A DNA stretch of 50,688 nucleotides from Eledone cirrhosa (GCA_964016885.1 CAXHJY010001310.1:1-50688); one strand, 5' to 3'; positions 12,401 through 24,000 are shown, numbered from the stretch's first letter. Made by a program: numbers and translations. The notes: generated by a model not told the origin, from the letters alone.

Positions 12401-14694
12401 TAGTAGTAGTAGCAGTAATGGTAGTAGTAGTAGCAGTAATGGTAGTAGTAGTAGCAGTAATGGTAGTAGTAGCAGCAGTAATGGTGGTAGTAGTAGCAGT
12501 AATGGTAGTAGTAGCAGCAGTAATGGTAGTAGTAGTAGCAGTAATGGTAGTAGTAGTAGCAGTAATGGTAGTAGTAGTAGCAGTAATGGTAGTAGTAGTA
12601 GCAGTAATGGTAGTAGTAGTAGCAGTAATGGTAGTAGTAGTAGCAGTAATGGTAGTAGTAGTAGCAGTAATGGTAGTAGTAGCAGCAGTAATGGTGGTAG
12701 TAGTAGCAGTAATGGTAGTAGTAGCAGCAGTAATGGTAGTAGTAGTAGCAGTAATGGTAGTAGTAGTAGCAGTAATGGTAGTAGTAGTAGCAGTAATGGT
12801 AGTAGTAGTAGCAGTAATGGTAGTAGTAGTAGCAGTAATGGTAGTAGTAGTAGTAGTAATGGTAGTAGTAGTAGTAGTAGCAGTAATGGTAGTAGTAGTA
12901 GCAGTAATGGTAGTAGTAGCAGCAGTAATGGTAGTAGTAGTAGCAGTAATGGTAGTAGTAGTAGCAGTAATGGTAGTAGTAGCAGCAGTAATGGTAGTAG
13001 TAGTAGCAGTAATGGTAGTAGTAGTAGCAGTAATGGTAGTAGTAGCAGCAGTAATGGTAGTAGTAGTAGCAGTAATGGTAGTAGTAGTAGCAGTAATGGT
13101 AGTAGTAGCAGCAGTAATGGTAGTAGTAGTAGCAGTAATGGTAGTAGTAGTAGCAGTAATGGTAGTAGTAGCAGCAGTAATGGTAGTAGTAGTAGCAGTA
13201 ATGGTAGTAGTAGCAGCAGTAATGGTAGTAGTAGCAGCAGTAATGGTAGTAGTAGTAGCAGTAATGGTAGTAGTAGTAGCAGTAATGGTAGTAGTAGCAG
13301 CAGTAATGGTAGTAGTAGTAGCAGTAATGGTAGTAGTAGTAGCAGTAATGGTAGTAGTAGTAGCAGTAATGGTAGTAGTAGTAACAGCAGTAATGGTGGT
13401 AGTAGTAGTAGTAGTAACAGCAGTAATAGTAGTAGTAGCAGTAATGGTAGTAGTAGTAGTAGCAGTAATGGTAGTAGTAGCAGCAGTAATGGTAGTAGTA
13501 GTAGTAGTAACAGCAGTAATAGTAGTAGTAGCAGCAGTAATGGTAGTAGTAGTAGTAGTAACAGCAGTAATAGTAGTAGTAGTAGCAGTAATGGTAGTAG
13601 TAGTAGTAGCAGTAATGGTAGTTGTAGCAGCAGTAATGGTAGTAGTAGTAGTAGTAATGGTAGTGTAGTAGTAGTAACAGCAGTAATGGTAGTAGTAGTA
13701 GTAGTAACAGCAGTAATGGTAGTAGTAGTAGCAGTAATGGTAGTAGTAGTAGCAGTAATGGTAGTAGTAGCAGCAGTAATGGTAGTAGTAGTAGTAGTAA
13801 CAGCAGTAATGGTAGTAGTAGCAGCAGTAATGGTAGTAGTAGTAGTAGTAACAGCAGTAATAGTAGTAGTAGTAGCAGTAATGGTAGTAGTAGTAGTAGC
13901 AGTAATGGTAGTTGTAGCAGCAGTAATGGTAGTAGTAGTAGTAGTAATGGTAGTGTAGTAGTAGTAACAGCAGTAATGGTAGTAGTAGTAGTAGTAACAG
14001 CAGTAATGGTAGTAGTAGTAGTAGTAGTAGTAGCAGCAGTAATGGTAGTAGTAGTAACAGTAATGGTAGTAGTAACAGCAGTAATGGTAGTAGTAGTAAC
14101 AGTAATGGTAGTAGTAGTAGCAGTAATGGTAGTAGTAGCAGTAGTAATGGTAGTAGTAGCAGCAGTAATGGTAGTAGTAGCAGCAGTAATGGTGGTAGTA
14201 GTAGTAACAGCAGTAATGGTGGTAGTAGTAGTAGTAGTAGCAGCAGTAATAGTAGTAGTAGCAGTAATGGTAGTAGTAGTAGTAGTAACAGCAGTAATAG
14301 TAGTAGTAGTAGTAGCAGTAATGGTAGTAGTAGTAGTAGCAGTAATGGTAGTAGTAGCAGCAGTAATGGTAGTAGTAGTAGTAGTAATGGTAGTGTAGTA
14401 GTAGTAACAGCAGTAATGGTAGTAGTAGTAGTAGTAACAGCAGTAATGGTAGTAGTAGCAGCAGTAATGGTAGTAGTAGTAGTAGTAATGGTAGTAGTAG
14501 CAGCAGTAATGGTAGTAGTAGTAACAGCAGTAATGATGGTAGTAGTAGTAGTAGTAGTAGTAGTAGCAGCAGTAATGGTGGTAGTAGTAGTAGTAGTAGC
14601 AGCAGTAATGGTAGTAGTAGTAGTAGCGGCAGTACTAATAATAGTAGTAGCAGTAGTAGCCATAGTAGTAGTAGTAGCTGCAGTAGTAGTAGTA
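9447..14694. repeat. 5.2-kb trinucleotide-based minisatellite, unit about 21 bp (GTA)n(GCA)1-2GTAATG, filling WARS1 intron 4
   Basis: Directly visible; occupies more than 99% of the 5278-bp intron 9426-14703. Confidence 0.98.
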
Positions 14695-14703
14695 TTTGCT
14701 TAC

Positions 14704-14886
14704 CCCATGTGTTCAAAATCTGAGAAGATGAATGTTTTGTCTGTGTCAAACCCCATGGCAATGATGTCTTTCATGTTTTCATGGGCCAGCTTCCTAGATT
14801 CTTCCACAGAGAAATCCTTCCACAGGAATTTTTCATCGTCGGTCATTTGGATAACTAATGGCACATCAAAAACTTCCTGTAACCAT
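14704..14886 (-). CDS. WARS1: TrpRS coding exon 4
   Basis: 183 nt, [24 protein letters not shown]...[25 protein letters not shown](G); CAG acceptor and GTAAGC donor. Confidence 0.97.
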
Positions 14887-14954
14887 CTGCGGGCGGGGGG
14901 GGGGGGAAAAACAAAAACAAAAAGAATTTAGCTATCAAGTTATATCATCATTCC

Positions 14955-15526
14955 CACCATCATCATCATCATCATCATCTTTGTCACCGTTTAATGTCCA
15001 TTTCTCCATTCTAGCATGGGTTAGATGAGTTGTCAGTTGTTTAAGACAAGTCAGATCAGATGACCATGTCTTGCTCATACAGAACTGTTTCTGGCTTGGT
15101 TTCTATGACTGGATGACCATCCTGATGCCAACCACATTTACAGAGTGGACTGGGTGCTTTTTGTTGTGTCACCATCATAACCACTTTACACTGTGGGATG
15201 GATGCTTTTTGTCGTGTCACCAACACGACCACTTTACAGTGTGGACTGGGTGCTTTTTGTCGTGTCACTAATATGACCACTTTACACTGTGGATTTGGTG
15301 CTTTTTTTCATGTCATCAACATGATCACTTTACAGTGTGGACTCGATGCTTTTTGTAGCGTCACCAACATGACTACTTTACACTGTGGACTGGGTGCTTT
15401 TTGTCATGTCACCAACACAACCAGTTTACAGTGTGAACTGGGTGCTTTTTGTCGTGTCATCAATATGACTACTTTACACTGTGGACTGGGTGCTTTTTGT
15501 CATGGTACCAACATGACCACTTTACT
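14955..15526 (-). mobile_element. RTE-tailed SINE 3' half with internal ~48-bp tandem array (about 8 copies, 15136-15526)
   Basis: Unit actttacagtgtggactgggtgctttttgtcgtgtcaccaacatgacc. Confidence 0.85.
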
Positions 15527-15759
15527 TTAATACATAAAAATTGTTTCTAGATTTGTCACAAGGGCAGAAATTTGAATGGAAGGGGTAAGTCGATTAAATC
15601 AAATCAGTTTGTTACCGGTACTTTGTTTGATCAACCCCCATAAGGATGCAAAACAAGACTGAAGCTCCGTTGGATTTGAACTCAGAATGTAAAGGGCCTA
15701 TGCTCTACAGATTCTGCCGACAAAGAAATAATGAAATATTGTAACAATGAAATACTTAC

Positions 15760-15879
15760 TTAGTTATAATAAATGGAATCAAATGACCAACATGCATGGC
15801 CATTGAAGAGGGCCCACGACCAGTATATAAGTAAAAAGGTTTGCCCTTCTCATACATATCCAAAATCACATTCAGTTCT
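15760..15879 (-). CDS. WARS1: TrpRS coding exon 3 (HIGH motif)
   Basis: 120 nt, [39 protein letters not shown](K). HVGH is the class I HIGH motif; TTTCAG acceptor and GTAAGT donor. Confidence 0.97.
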
Positions 15880-16028
15880 CTGAAAAATTAGAGAAGAAAA
15901 GGACCAATCAGAATTGGTTACCTGGCAAAAAATAACATTTGTTGTTTCTTTTAATTACTTCAATAACAGTTAGAATCAATATATATATATATATACACAC
16001 AGACATATATATATACACACACAGACAC

Positions 16029-16059
<31 letters not shown>

Positions 16060-16126
16060 GACACATATATATATATATACACACAGACACACATATATAT
16101 ATACACACACACACACATATATATAT

Positions 16127-16171
<45 letters not shown>

Positions 16172-16238
16172 TATATATATATATGAATGAAAAATGGTGA
16201 GCTGTGTTGTTGCAAATATGAGATATATAAAAATGAAG

Positions 16239-16279
<41 letters not shown>

Positions 16280-16425
16280 AAGTATTTCCGAAGAAAAAGC
16301 AAAGGATAAAGAGTGCTCTATGTATAATACAGAGCTATTTAATTAGAAAGTGAACAACAAAATATATATATATACATACATATATATATATATGTATATA
16401 CATATATATGTATGTATATACATAC

Positions 16426-17030
16426 ATGGTGGCTGCCAACTCGTTTTCGAGTACGGCCACTACTTTATATCCATGTAGGAGAACCCCTACCAATGCGCTG
16501 AACGAGTGTGACTTTTTAGTCCAGCCAGCGACTTGAAAACTCTGGTACAAACCCTACACTTGTGACAATTATTGACACATAGTGCTGGGCCCATGCTACC
16601 ATGTGACGACAAGTGCAGAGAGATCTCCAGATATAAAGCAATGCCTGTGCTGTGAAGCTTTTATAGTGAGCAAAGGCACGGCACAAAGCCAGTCCCACTC
16701 TCTTAACCAAGATATTTACCAAAAAGAAGAACAAGTTAACATCATTGGATACCATCAGGGTTGCAGATGTTATATCAGAGTTTTCCTTCTCCTAGAATTC
16801 TGCCTTGACAAAGGCTAAGGGGTCATCTCTCCCGGTGATTTTGGATGGCCATTGACTCTTAAGAGCTCCTTTGCCCTTTGACAGGTTTTGTTTTTAGTCC
16901 TGCAGGATGTCCAAAGTCACCCTCCTCACCAAGAAACCTTGGTGGGGTTGCCAGTTTAGTCGCCAACGACCCGACCATGAGACAGGTTGTACTGGGATAC
17001 ATGTTACCAGTAGCACAAACTGGTGACCAT
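16426..17030 (-). mobile_element. Bipartite non-autonomous RTE derivative, copy 1
   Basis: About 600 bp, nearly identical to 30989-31596. Has the RTE 5'UTR-like motif GGAGAAGGAAAACTC and a terminal C2H2 finger remnant CRVCTRVFKSLAGLKSHTRSAH. Confidence 0.75.
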
Positions 17031-17519
17031 ACATGCATATATATAAAAATATGTAAAACATTCCAAAAATTTTGCATCTAATAACTGCATATACACATGT
17101 ACAGATACAAAGCATATACACATGCACACATACAACTCAAAACATACAATAACATCCATATCTACACATGCATGCATGCAGACATACATACATATCTACC
17201 TAGTTGCTGTTGTGTAAATTCCAATGAAAGAGTCTTGTGTCTGTTAGAAACCGACTCTCTCTCTATTGGTAAAACTTTGTGAAATTATAAAACCAGAATA
17301 TATATATATACATACATACATGCATATATATACATACATATATGCATATATATACATACATATATATATATACATACATATACATACACATACATACATA
17401 TAGATATATACATATATATATATACATGCATATATTTACATACATACATACATATATACTTACATACTTACATATATATATACTTACATATATACTTACA
17501 TACTTACATATATATATAC

Positions 17520-17556
<37 letters not shown>

Positions 17557-17678
17557 CATATATATATACATAAACGCACATATATATATATATATACACA
17601 TACATACATACATACACACACACATACTTCTGGTCACGAGACAGAGGACAAAGAGAGAGAAAGAGAAAATCAATTTAC

Positions 17679-17787
17679 CTGTGGGCGAAAAAGATGCCCC
17701 TCCTTAAGAAATGGTGCACAGGCTTACCAATAATCTTCTCCATACGGTCAATTAGGGTCTGGTCAAGGGGAGTACAGCCAAACCTCG
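17679..17787 (-). CDS. WARS1: TrpRS coding exon 2
   Basis: AG/GT-bounded 109 nt, in phase with exon 1: (S)[35 protein letters not shown](R). Confidence 0.96.
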
Positions 17788-18019
17788 CTAGTTAAAAACA
17801 GAAAGACGTATTCAAGCTTTACAACAGCAATAACATAATGTTATTATATAAACCTTTACATCATGCTGAGGTCAACTTTGCCTTTCATCCTTTCAAAATT
17901 GATAAAATAAAGTACCAGTCACATACTGGGGCTCATTTTAATCCACTTTCTCTTACCCCCCCTAACTACTGGTCCTCGGCTTAATTCAGAATATCTGAAC
18001 AAAGAATGAGGTCACACAC

Positions 18020-18342
18020 ACATGGCTTAGTGGTTAGAGCATTGGCTTTGCAATCGAAAGGTTGGGAGTTCAATTCTCAGACCGGGTGATGTGTTGTTTC
18101 CTTGAGCAAGACACTTTATTTCACATTGCTCCAGTTTACTCAGCTGTAGAAATGAGATTATAGGGACTGGGGTCCCTATCATTCGTGGAGGTGCCACGGC
18201 AAAAAAGCACCCAGCACTCACTGTAAATGAGGTTGGTGTTAGGAAGGGCATCCAGCTGTAGAAATCGAGACAGAATCAGTTCCCGTCCCACCCTTGCAAG
18301 CAGGGAAAAGTGGACGTAAAATGAAATGATGAATGATGATGA
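18020..18342 (+). mobile_element. tRNA SINE with RTE-derived 3' tail
   Basis: Head as 7984-8130; 3' end cccgtcccacccttgcaagcagggaaaagtggacgtaaaatg differs by one base from the LINE end at 44293-44334. 3' halves of related copies at 6748-6970(-), 7432-7622(-) and 20266-20446(+). Confidence 0.88.
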
Positions 18343-18522
18343 TATAATTCTTTAAAGTCTAAGCGTATTATATATTCACCAGGCTAAAAATTCTAATTTA
18401 GTCCAGAAATAGCCATCGAAACGGCTTGAGCTCTGCCGTCGGGGTCATACTTTTTCCTATATATATATATATATATATTAATTCAAAATATTAACAAAAA
18501 TAGACATTTGTGTGATCAAGTA

Positions 18523-18589
18523 TATTTTATTATACATATTTCAGAGGTACTGAGCTATCTTCAACAGTACGTCCTCATCAGATAAAATA
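18523..18589 (-). ncRNA. Hammerhead ribozyme motif in PLE end fragment (about 18478-18640)
   Basis: tattttat-CTGATGA-ggacgtactg..cagtacctct-GAAA-tatgta-TA-ataaaata; perfect 8-bp stem I. Confidence 0.85.
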
Positions 18590-18689
18590 AGATGATGCAT
18601 GACATACCCTGACATAGTAGATGGTTAAGATTCAGTCATCTATTGTAAAACTCATTCTTTGATTTATTCATTGAACCTTGTTTAACCTT

Positions 18690-18721
<32 letters not shown>

Positions 18722-18897
18722 CGTGTATATATATATATGTGTGTGTGTGTATAAATGATTTGATTTTTCCTCTCTTTCATCTTTTTCTTTCACTATCCAG
18801 GAAAAACTTGAACCGTTAAGATCTCATTCCTGGATATGTCAATATTTATAAAACAAACTTTGTATTTTATCTGATGAGAGCGTACCAAAGTTTTGAT

Positions 18898-19587
18898 ACC
18901 CTTGCTGCTACTTATTGCACCAGAGCACCGGCCACATATAAAATCTATGTTCTTAGTTAGCTTACCTGTGATCCCACTACATCTTTTATGCAGCCATACT
19001 TTGCATTTGGGACATAAAATGGAGTTTCTACTTACTCCTTTCCTACACACTGAGCATGCCCATTTCCCGGATGGGACCGGTGCCCTATTTTCCTTCCTAC
19101 AAACTAGAACTTTAGCCTTAGACAGGTTAATTTTAAGGCCTTTTGATTCTAGGCCATGCTTCCATGTTTGGAATTTCTTCTCTAGTTCGGTCATTGATTC
19201 AGCTATGAGCGTTAGATCATCTGTGTATAGGAGTTCCCATGGACAGCCGGTCTTGAACTCAATTGTTATAGCCTGAAGGGCAATAATAAATAGTAGGGGG
19301 CTAAGAACGGAGCCCTGATGAACACCAACTTTTACGCTAAACTCTTCACTATATTCGTTGTTAATTCTAACCTTGCTGACTGTTTCTTTATACATGGCTT
19401 GTATAGCTCTCACAAGCCATTCATCAACACCTAGTTTTCTAAGAGCCCACCAGATAATGGAACGGGGGGACTCTGTCGAAGGCTTTCTCCAAGTCGACAA
19501 AAGCTAAGTATAGGGGTTTACTTTTAGCTAGGTACTTCTCCTATAGTTGTCTTACAATGAAAAGAGCGTCTGTGGTACTTTTACCTA
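18898..19587 (-). mobile_element. RTE subfamily B internal fragment (RT + PHD), degenerate
   Basis: High identity to about 45205-45890; stop and frameshift near 19470-19543; YTDD. Confidence 0.92.
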
Positions 19588-19822
19588 TACCACTAAACAT
19601 GTCCGACGACCCATTGATTACAGAGTCGGGCCAGATGGATACAGATTGAACCTTGAGCTGATCAATAGCGAAACATGTGTCACCAACCAATAAAAGTAAT
19701 GAAGGAGTAACTATTTGTCCTTGTTTTATATTATTATATATATATATATGTATGTACACAACAACATACACATATATATACAATATATTAACAAATGGAA
19801 ACTATATTTATAAAACCATATT

Positions 19823-19887
19823 TATTTCATTATACATATTTCAAGGACACCAAAGCAAATTATGGTGCGCTTTCATCAGATAAAATA
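19823..19887 (-). ncRNA. Hammerhead ribozyme motif (mirror copy, sense in WARS1 intron 1)
   Basis: Reverse complement of 20036-20100. Confidence 0.85.
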
Positions 19888-20035
19888 TAATATAGAGCAG
19901 TTTTATAAACAAATATTGACATACCCTTAAAAGAATGCGACCATGTCTGTTGGAAGCTCCCGGATAGTTCCAACAGACATGGTCGCATTCTTTTAAGGGT
20001 ATGTCAATATTTGTTTATAAAACTGATCTATATTA

Positions 20036-20100
20036 TATTTTATCTGATGAAAGCGCACCATAATTTGCTTTGGTGTCCTTGAAATATGTATAATGAAATA
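20036..20100 (+). ncRNA. Hammerhead ribozyme motif
   Basis: tattttat-CTGATGA-aagcgcacca..tggtgtcctt-GAAA-tatgta-TA-atgaaata. Confidence 0.85.
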
Positions 20101-20229
20101 AATATGGTTTTAAAAATATAGTTTCCATTTGTTAATATATTGTATTTTTACTCCAAAAATTTGTTGAGTGCTTTATATCAGTTATAAACATATTTGCTTG
20201 TTGTATCCCAACAAATTAAATATAACTTC

Positions 20230-20268
<39 letters not shown>

Positions 20269-20534
20269 CTCACTGTAAATGAGATTGGCGTTAGGAAAGG
20301 CATCCAGCTGTAAAAACCATCCAAGATTAGTTCTGTATATGCAAAGCATGGTCACCTGACCTAGCATTGCGCATAACAGGACAACACGTCTAACCCATGC
20401 TAGCGTGGTGAAAGAATGGACGCAAAACAGTGGCGATGATGATGATAATTATATATATACACAAACATATATATATATATATAGCGAAGGAGGTCTGGGA
20501 TCTTGTCAATCGACTGTCGATATATATATATATT

Positions 20535-20602
<68 letters not shown>

Positions 20603-20646
20603 TAAAATAAATATATATATATATATACACACACACATATAAATAA

Positions 20647-20693
<47 letters not shown>

Positions 20694-20698
20694 AATAA

Positions 20699-20729
<31 letters not shown>

Positions 20730-20906
20730 TAAATAAATAAATATATATATATATATACACACACACATATAAATAAATATATATATATACACACACACAC
20801 ATATAAATAAATATATATATATATATACAGACACAGACATAAATAAATATATATATATATATATACACACACACATATAAATAAATATATATATATACAG
20901 ACACAC

Positions 20907-20945
<39 letters not shown>

Positions 20946-20949
<4 letters not shown>

Positions 20950-21163
20950 GCCGATTGACAAAATCCCAGACTTCATTCGCTTAACGAATGGAGTGGAGCT
21001 CGTCATATCGGACCGAGGAAACGATGTTTCCATTGGTCTTTCCAATTGCTAATACCATCTTTCGGTCGCAAATCTAGACAGGAACAACTGTCCGAGGATC
21101 GAAACCACAACCTCACGATTGTCAATCCATTCTCGTAACTCCCAAGACAATCCTGGTCGTGCC
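20946..21163 (-). mobile_element. tRNA-headed repeat ending at (TA)n
   Basis: Body shared with 4184-4320, 7840-7930 and 20485-20520; degenerate tRNA-like head at 21095-21163. Confidence 0.7.
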
Positions 21164-21282
21164 ACAGTCGAGTCATATGGCGTGTACAGGACATTCATTT
21201 CCTTTTAAAAACCCGCAAGCTATAAACAGCTGATTTCTTCCGGTGTAAGAGAGAGTAGTGTCAATATGACACACGTACACAC

Positions 21283-21449
21283 TAGAGGGTCGGACCATAT
21301 GCTTTCCAGCATAGTTACGTCCCTTTACGATCTGAGTTCAAATCCCGCCGAGGTTGACTTTGCCTTTCATCCTTACGGGGTCGATAAAATAAAGTACTAG
21401 TAATGCACTGGGTAATTGCTGGCCTTGTGCCTAAAGTAGAAACAATTAT
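21283..21449 (+). mobile_element. SINE family 1 copy
   Basis: Near-identical to the reverse complement of 5180-5345. Confidence 0.85.
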
Positions 21450-21629
21450 ATATACACAGGTATATATATATGTGTATATATATAATTTTATGGACATTTA
21501 AAGGTAAATGTTATTTGTATTTAACCGATTCTGATTAACAGGAATCGAATATTCCAGTTAGTGTAACGAAACGGTAGTAAATTAATTAAATGATTTTGAT
21601 TTAATTTGAAATGAATATATATATATATA

Positions 21630-21781
21630 AGTTTATCCCGGGTTCAATCGGGGGTAACCACAGTAAGTAAGGTACCCAATACATAGCAGAGTATAAATAT
21701 TTAATATAGAAATGACTTCTACAGGACTACTTCCTGATGATTTCTCCCGACTGAAACAGTTCTAGTCCTGTATAAGCCATT

Positions 21782-21790
<9 letters not shown>
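21630..21790. mobile_element. 160-bp miniature family-B PLE fold-back with hammerhead core (about 21730-21776, +)
   Basis: Tail homologous to 35258-35324, about 28-bp inverted arms, CTGATGA..GAAACAG..CTGTA; TA flanks. Confidence 0.75.
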
Positions 21791-21812
<22 letters not shown>

Positions 21813-21937
21813 AAATAAGGATAATAAAAACAAAGGCAAAACTCCACAGACGACTCCACCACCGACATACTAGATACGAGCCGGCATAATAAAGACTAGA
21901 TGATGCAATGTATTATGAAAGTGTGTAATAGACTTAC

Positions 21938-22067
21938 AGATAAGTTTTTGGTAGTCGACACCTTTAGCTGACTTACTAACAACATTCCATGGATTGACAA
22001 TATCGTCTTCCTCGTCTGTATCTTTTATTTCCAGTTCTTTCATAGTTGATTTAATTTCATCTGCCAT
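21938..22067 (-). CDS. WARS1: Tryptophanyl-tRNA synthetase (cytoplasmic), coding exon 1
   Basis: MADEIK...EEDDIVNPWNVVSKSAKGVDYQKLI matches the eukaryotic TrpRS N-terminus (V.PW.V...GVDY.KLI). Ends at a GTAAGT donor, phase 1, 130 nt. Confidence 0.93.
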
Positions 22068-22369
22068 CGTAACTTTCTATATATATATAGATAGATATAT
22101 AGGGAGATAGAGATATTAAGGAATACGAAGAACTGTGTTAAATCTATATAGATATATAAAAAATAGATTATATAGATATATGTATATATTTTTATACGGA
22201 GATATATTATAGACAGTCAAATGAATCGATTAAGCTGAAACTTCGAAGTCACAACCACTTTTCTATGCAGACAGATAAACGTTGTACGTTGCACTCTATA
22301 TAAACATATTGAGTGTTCATTCAGTTAATGTTTTAAGTACAACGGTATTTTAAACACCCAGCCCGATAT

Positions 22370-22432
<63 letters not shown>

Positions 22433-22793
22433 CAATCAATCTAGAGTCAATTCAGCTGTAACGCACAGCGTGTACATCTATCTCTAATATAAAAGGAGGA
22501 ACTTGTTTGTCGCACCGTCTCACCGGCTACGACTAAGATTTCACAATGCCCAGCCCCTCCCTCTACTATTTCCTAGGGCTGAGGAGTGAGGTGGGGCAGC
22601 TTGAAAGTAATTTTATCGTGATCCTTATTTTCGTAGATTATTTTTTTTTAATTTCCTTTTTTTTTTCACATTTTGAGATTCGTTTGGAATAACGTTAATC
22701 TATAGACTGTGTAGCTCGAAGATCAGAGAGTCACTCCGCGTAGAGCTGCTACTTCTCCGCATTGAGAGATCACAACTCCAATACTGTGGTTAA

Positions 22794-23030
22794 ATGTCTC
22801 AAGAAAAAATCGCTGGACAGATATTTCGGGCAACAAAAAAGCTGGTAGGAGACCCAGGAGTAAAACCCCGATCAAAATAGTAGGATAACATCCATGAGCT
22901 TAACTGGTCTCACTTCGGGATCCAGCCCGATCAATTGGAGAAGGTTGCTTCTGACAGGACCCGCTGGGGAGAGTGTTTGAGGACTCTCCCCCCCCCCCCC
23001 CCCCCGATCCTCTCAGGGCGAAGAAGACAT
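22794..23030 (+). mobile_element. 3' end of an Expander/Rex3-like RTE LINE, degenerate
   Basis: GRRPR..DNIHELNWSHFGIQPDQLEKVASDRTRWGECLRTLPP resembles the RTE C-terminus. Confidence 0.7.
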
Positions 23031-23731
23031 TTCGAGACATGCTTACTACTTTGTATATATAACGAGCAAGGCTATGTAATATATATACGAGGGACTGAGC
23101 GCAGATGGACAGGACACCTATCCATTGTAGGGTTACTTTATTTTATAGAATCAGAGCCGGTTTTTCGCCAGGTTGGGTATTAAAGGCAATTATAGTCCTT
23201 TCCAATACTGCTCTATTTTCTATATGCTTAAATAACCCTACTGCGAAATAAAACTATATATATGTAATATAAAAAGGGAGGAGGGGTTAATATGCAAGCG
23301 AATTCAGATGACCGGTTTAAATAAAGGGATACTTCTAAGTCTTTACACCGGCTCTGTTATGTTTTCTTAATTTGTTCAGTAATATTACAACGGTTCCTGG
23401 TAAAATCTGTTAGTATTTTATTTCGTATTTCTACTGTATTATTGAATTATACCTACTTTATTCTAATAAATTTATTACGTATGAAATGAGAAACTTGAAA
23501 AGTTTTTTACGATATACATAGCATACACACATATGGTTGATTATAATGGGGTTTACCAATATACATTGAAATATATGTAGGATTAGAATTATGTTTTAAG
23601 TATAACTTATTCTCTCTCCATTTATATATATGTATATATAATTCAAAAGTAAAAATTATATCAACCAAACTGAGTGTGTTCTGTTATTAATTCTGGCAAT
23701 ATTATTACACAAATATGACCCTCCCCAAGTA

Positions 23732-23793
<62 letters not shown>

Positions 23794-23853
23794 CTATATA
23801 TCTAGGAGAATACACAATATATTTTATATATACAAAGGATGCGCGTGCGCACG

Positions 23854-23893
<40 letters not shown>

Positions 23894-23933
23894 TTCAAAT
23901 ATTAACAAAATAGATATTCTTGTGATCAATTAA

Positions 23934-24000
23934 ATTTTATTATACATATTTCAGAGGTACTTGAATCAGATTCAACAGTACGTCCTCATCAGATAAAATA
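23934..24000 (-). ncRNA. Hammerhead ribozyme motif in PLE end fragment (about 23890-24068)
   Basis: Second copy of the 18478-18640 fragment with the same core and a variant loop II. Confidence 0.8.

Larger units (their letters stand above)
19778..20232. mobile_element. Short PLE fold-back (family A related): 178-bp arms, 12-nt loop, 87-nt tail
   Basis: 19778-19955 is the near-perfect reverse complement of 19968-20145. Arm ends and tail are homologous to 26361-29318; flanked by TA repeats. Confidence 0.9.

Noticed and set aside
9417-14761. 1748-aa Thr-rich mucin-like ORF and 1771/1223-aa Leu- or Val-rich ORFs
   Set aside because: They are translations of an intronic minisatellite lacking stop triplets. 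Internal frame slips switch composition, there is no signal peptide, and in-frame read-through from exon 4 hits TAA immediately.
15136-15526. CRISPR-like array
   Set aside because: Contiguous degenerate 48-mers with no unique spacers, in eukaryotic SINE context with no cas genes.
22478-22780. Helitron-like start TCTATCTCTAATATAAAAG
   Set aside because: No matching 3' hairpin-CTAG end was found, so there is insufficient support.
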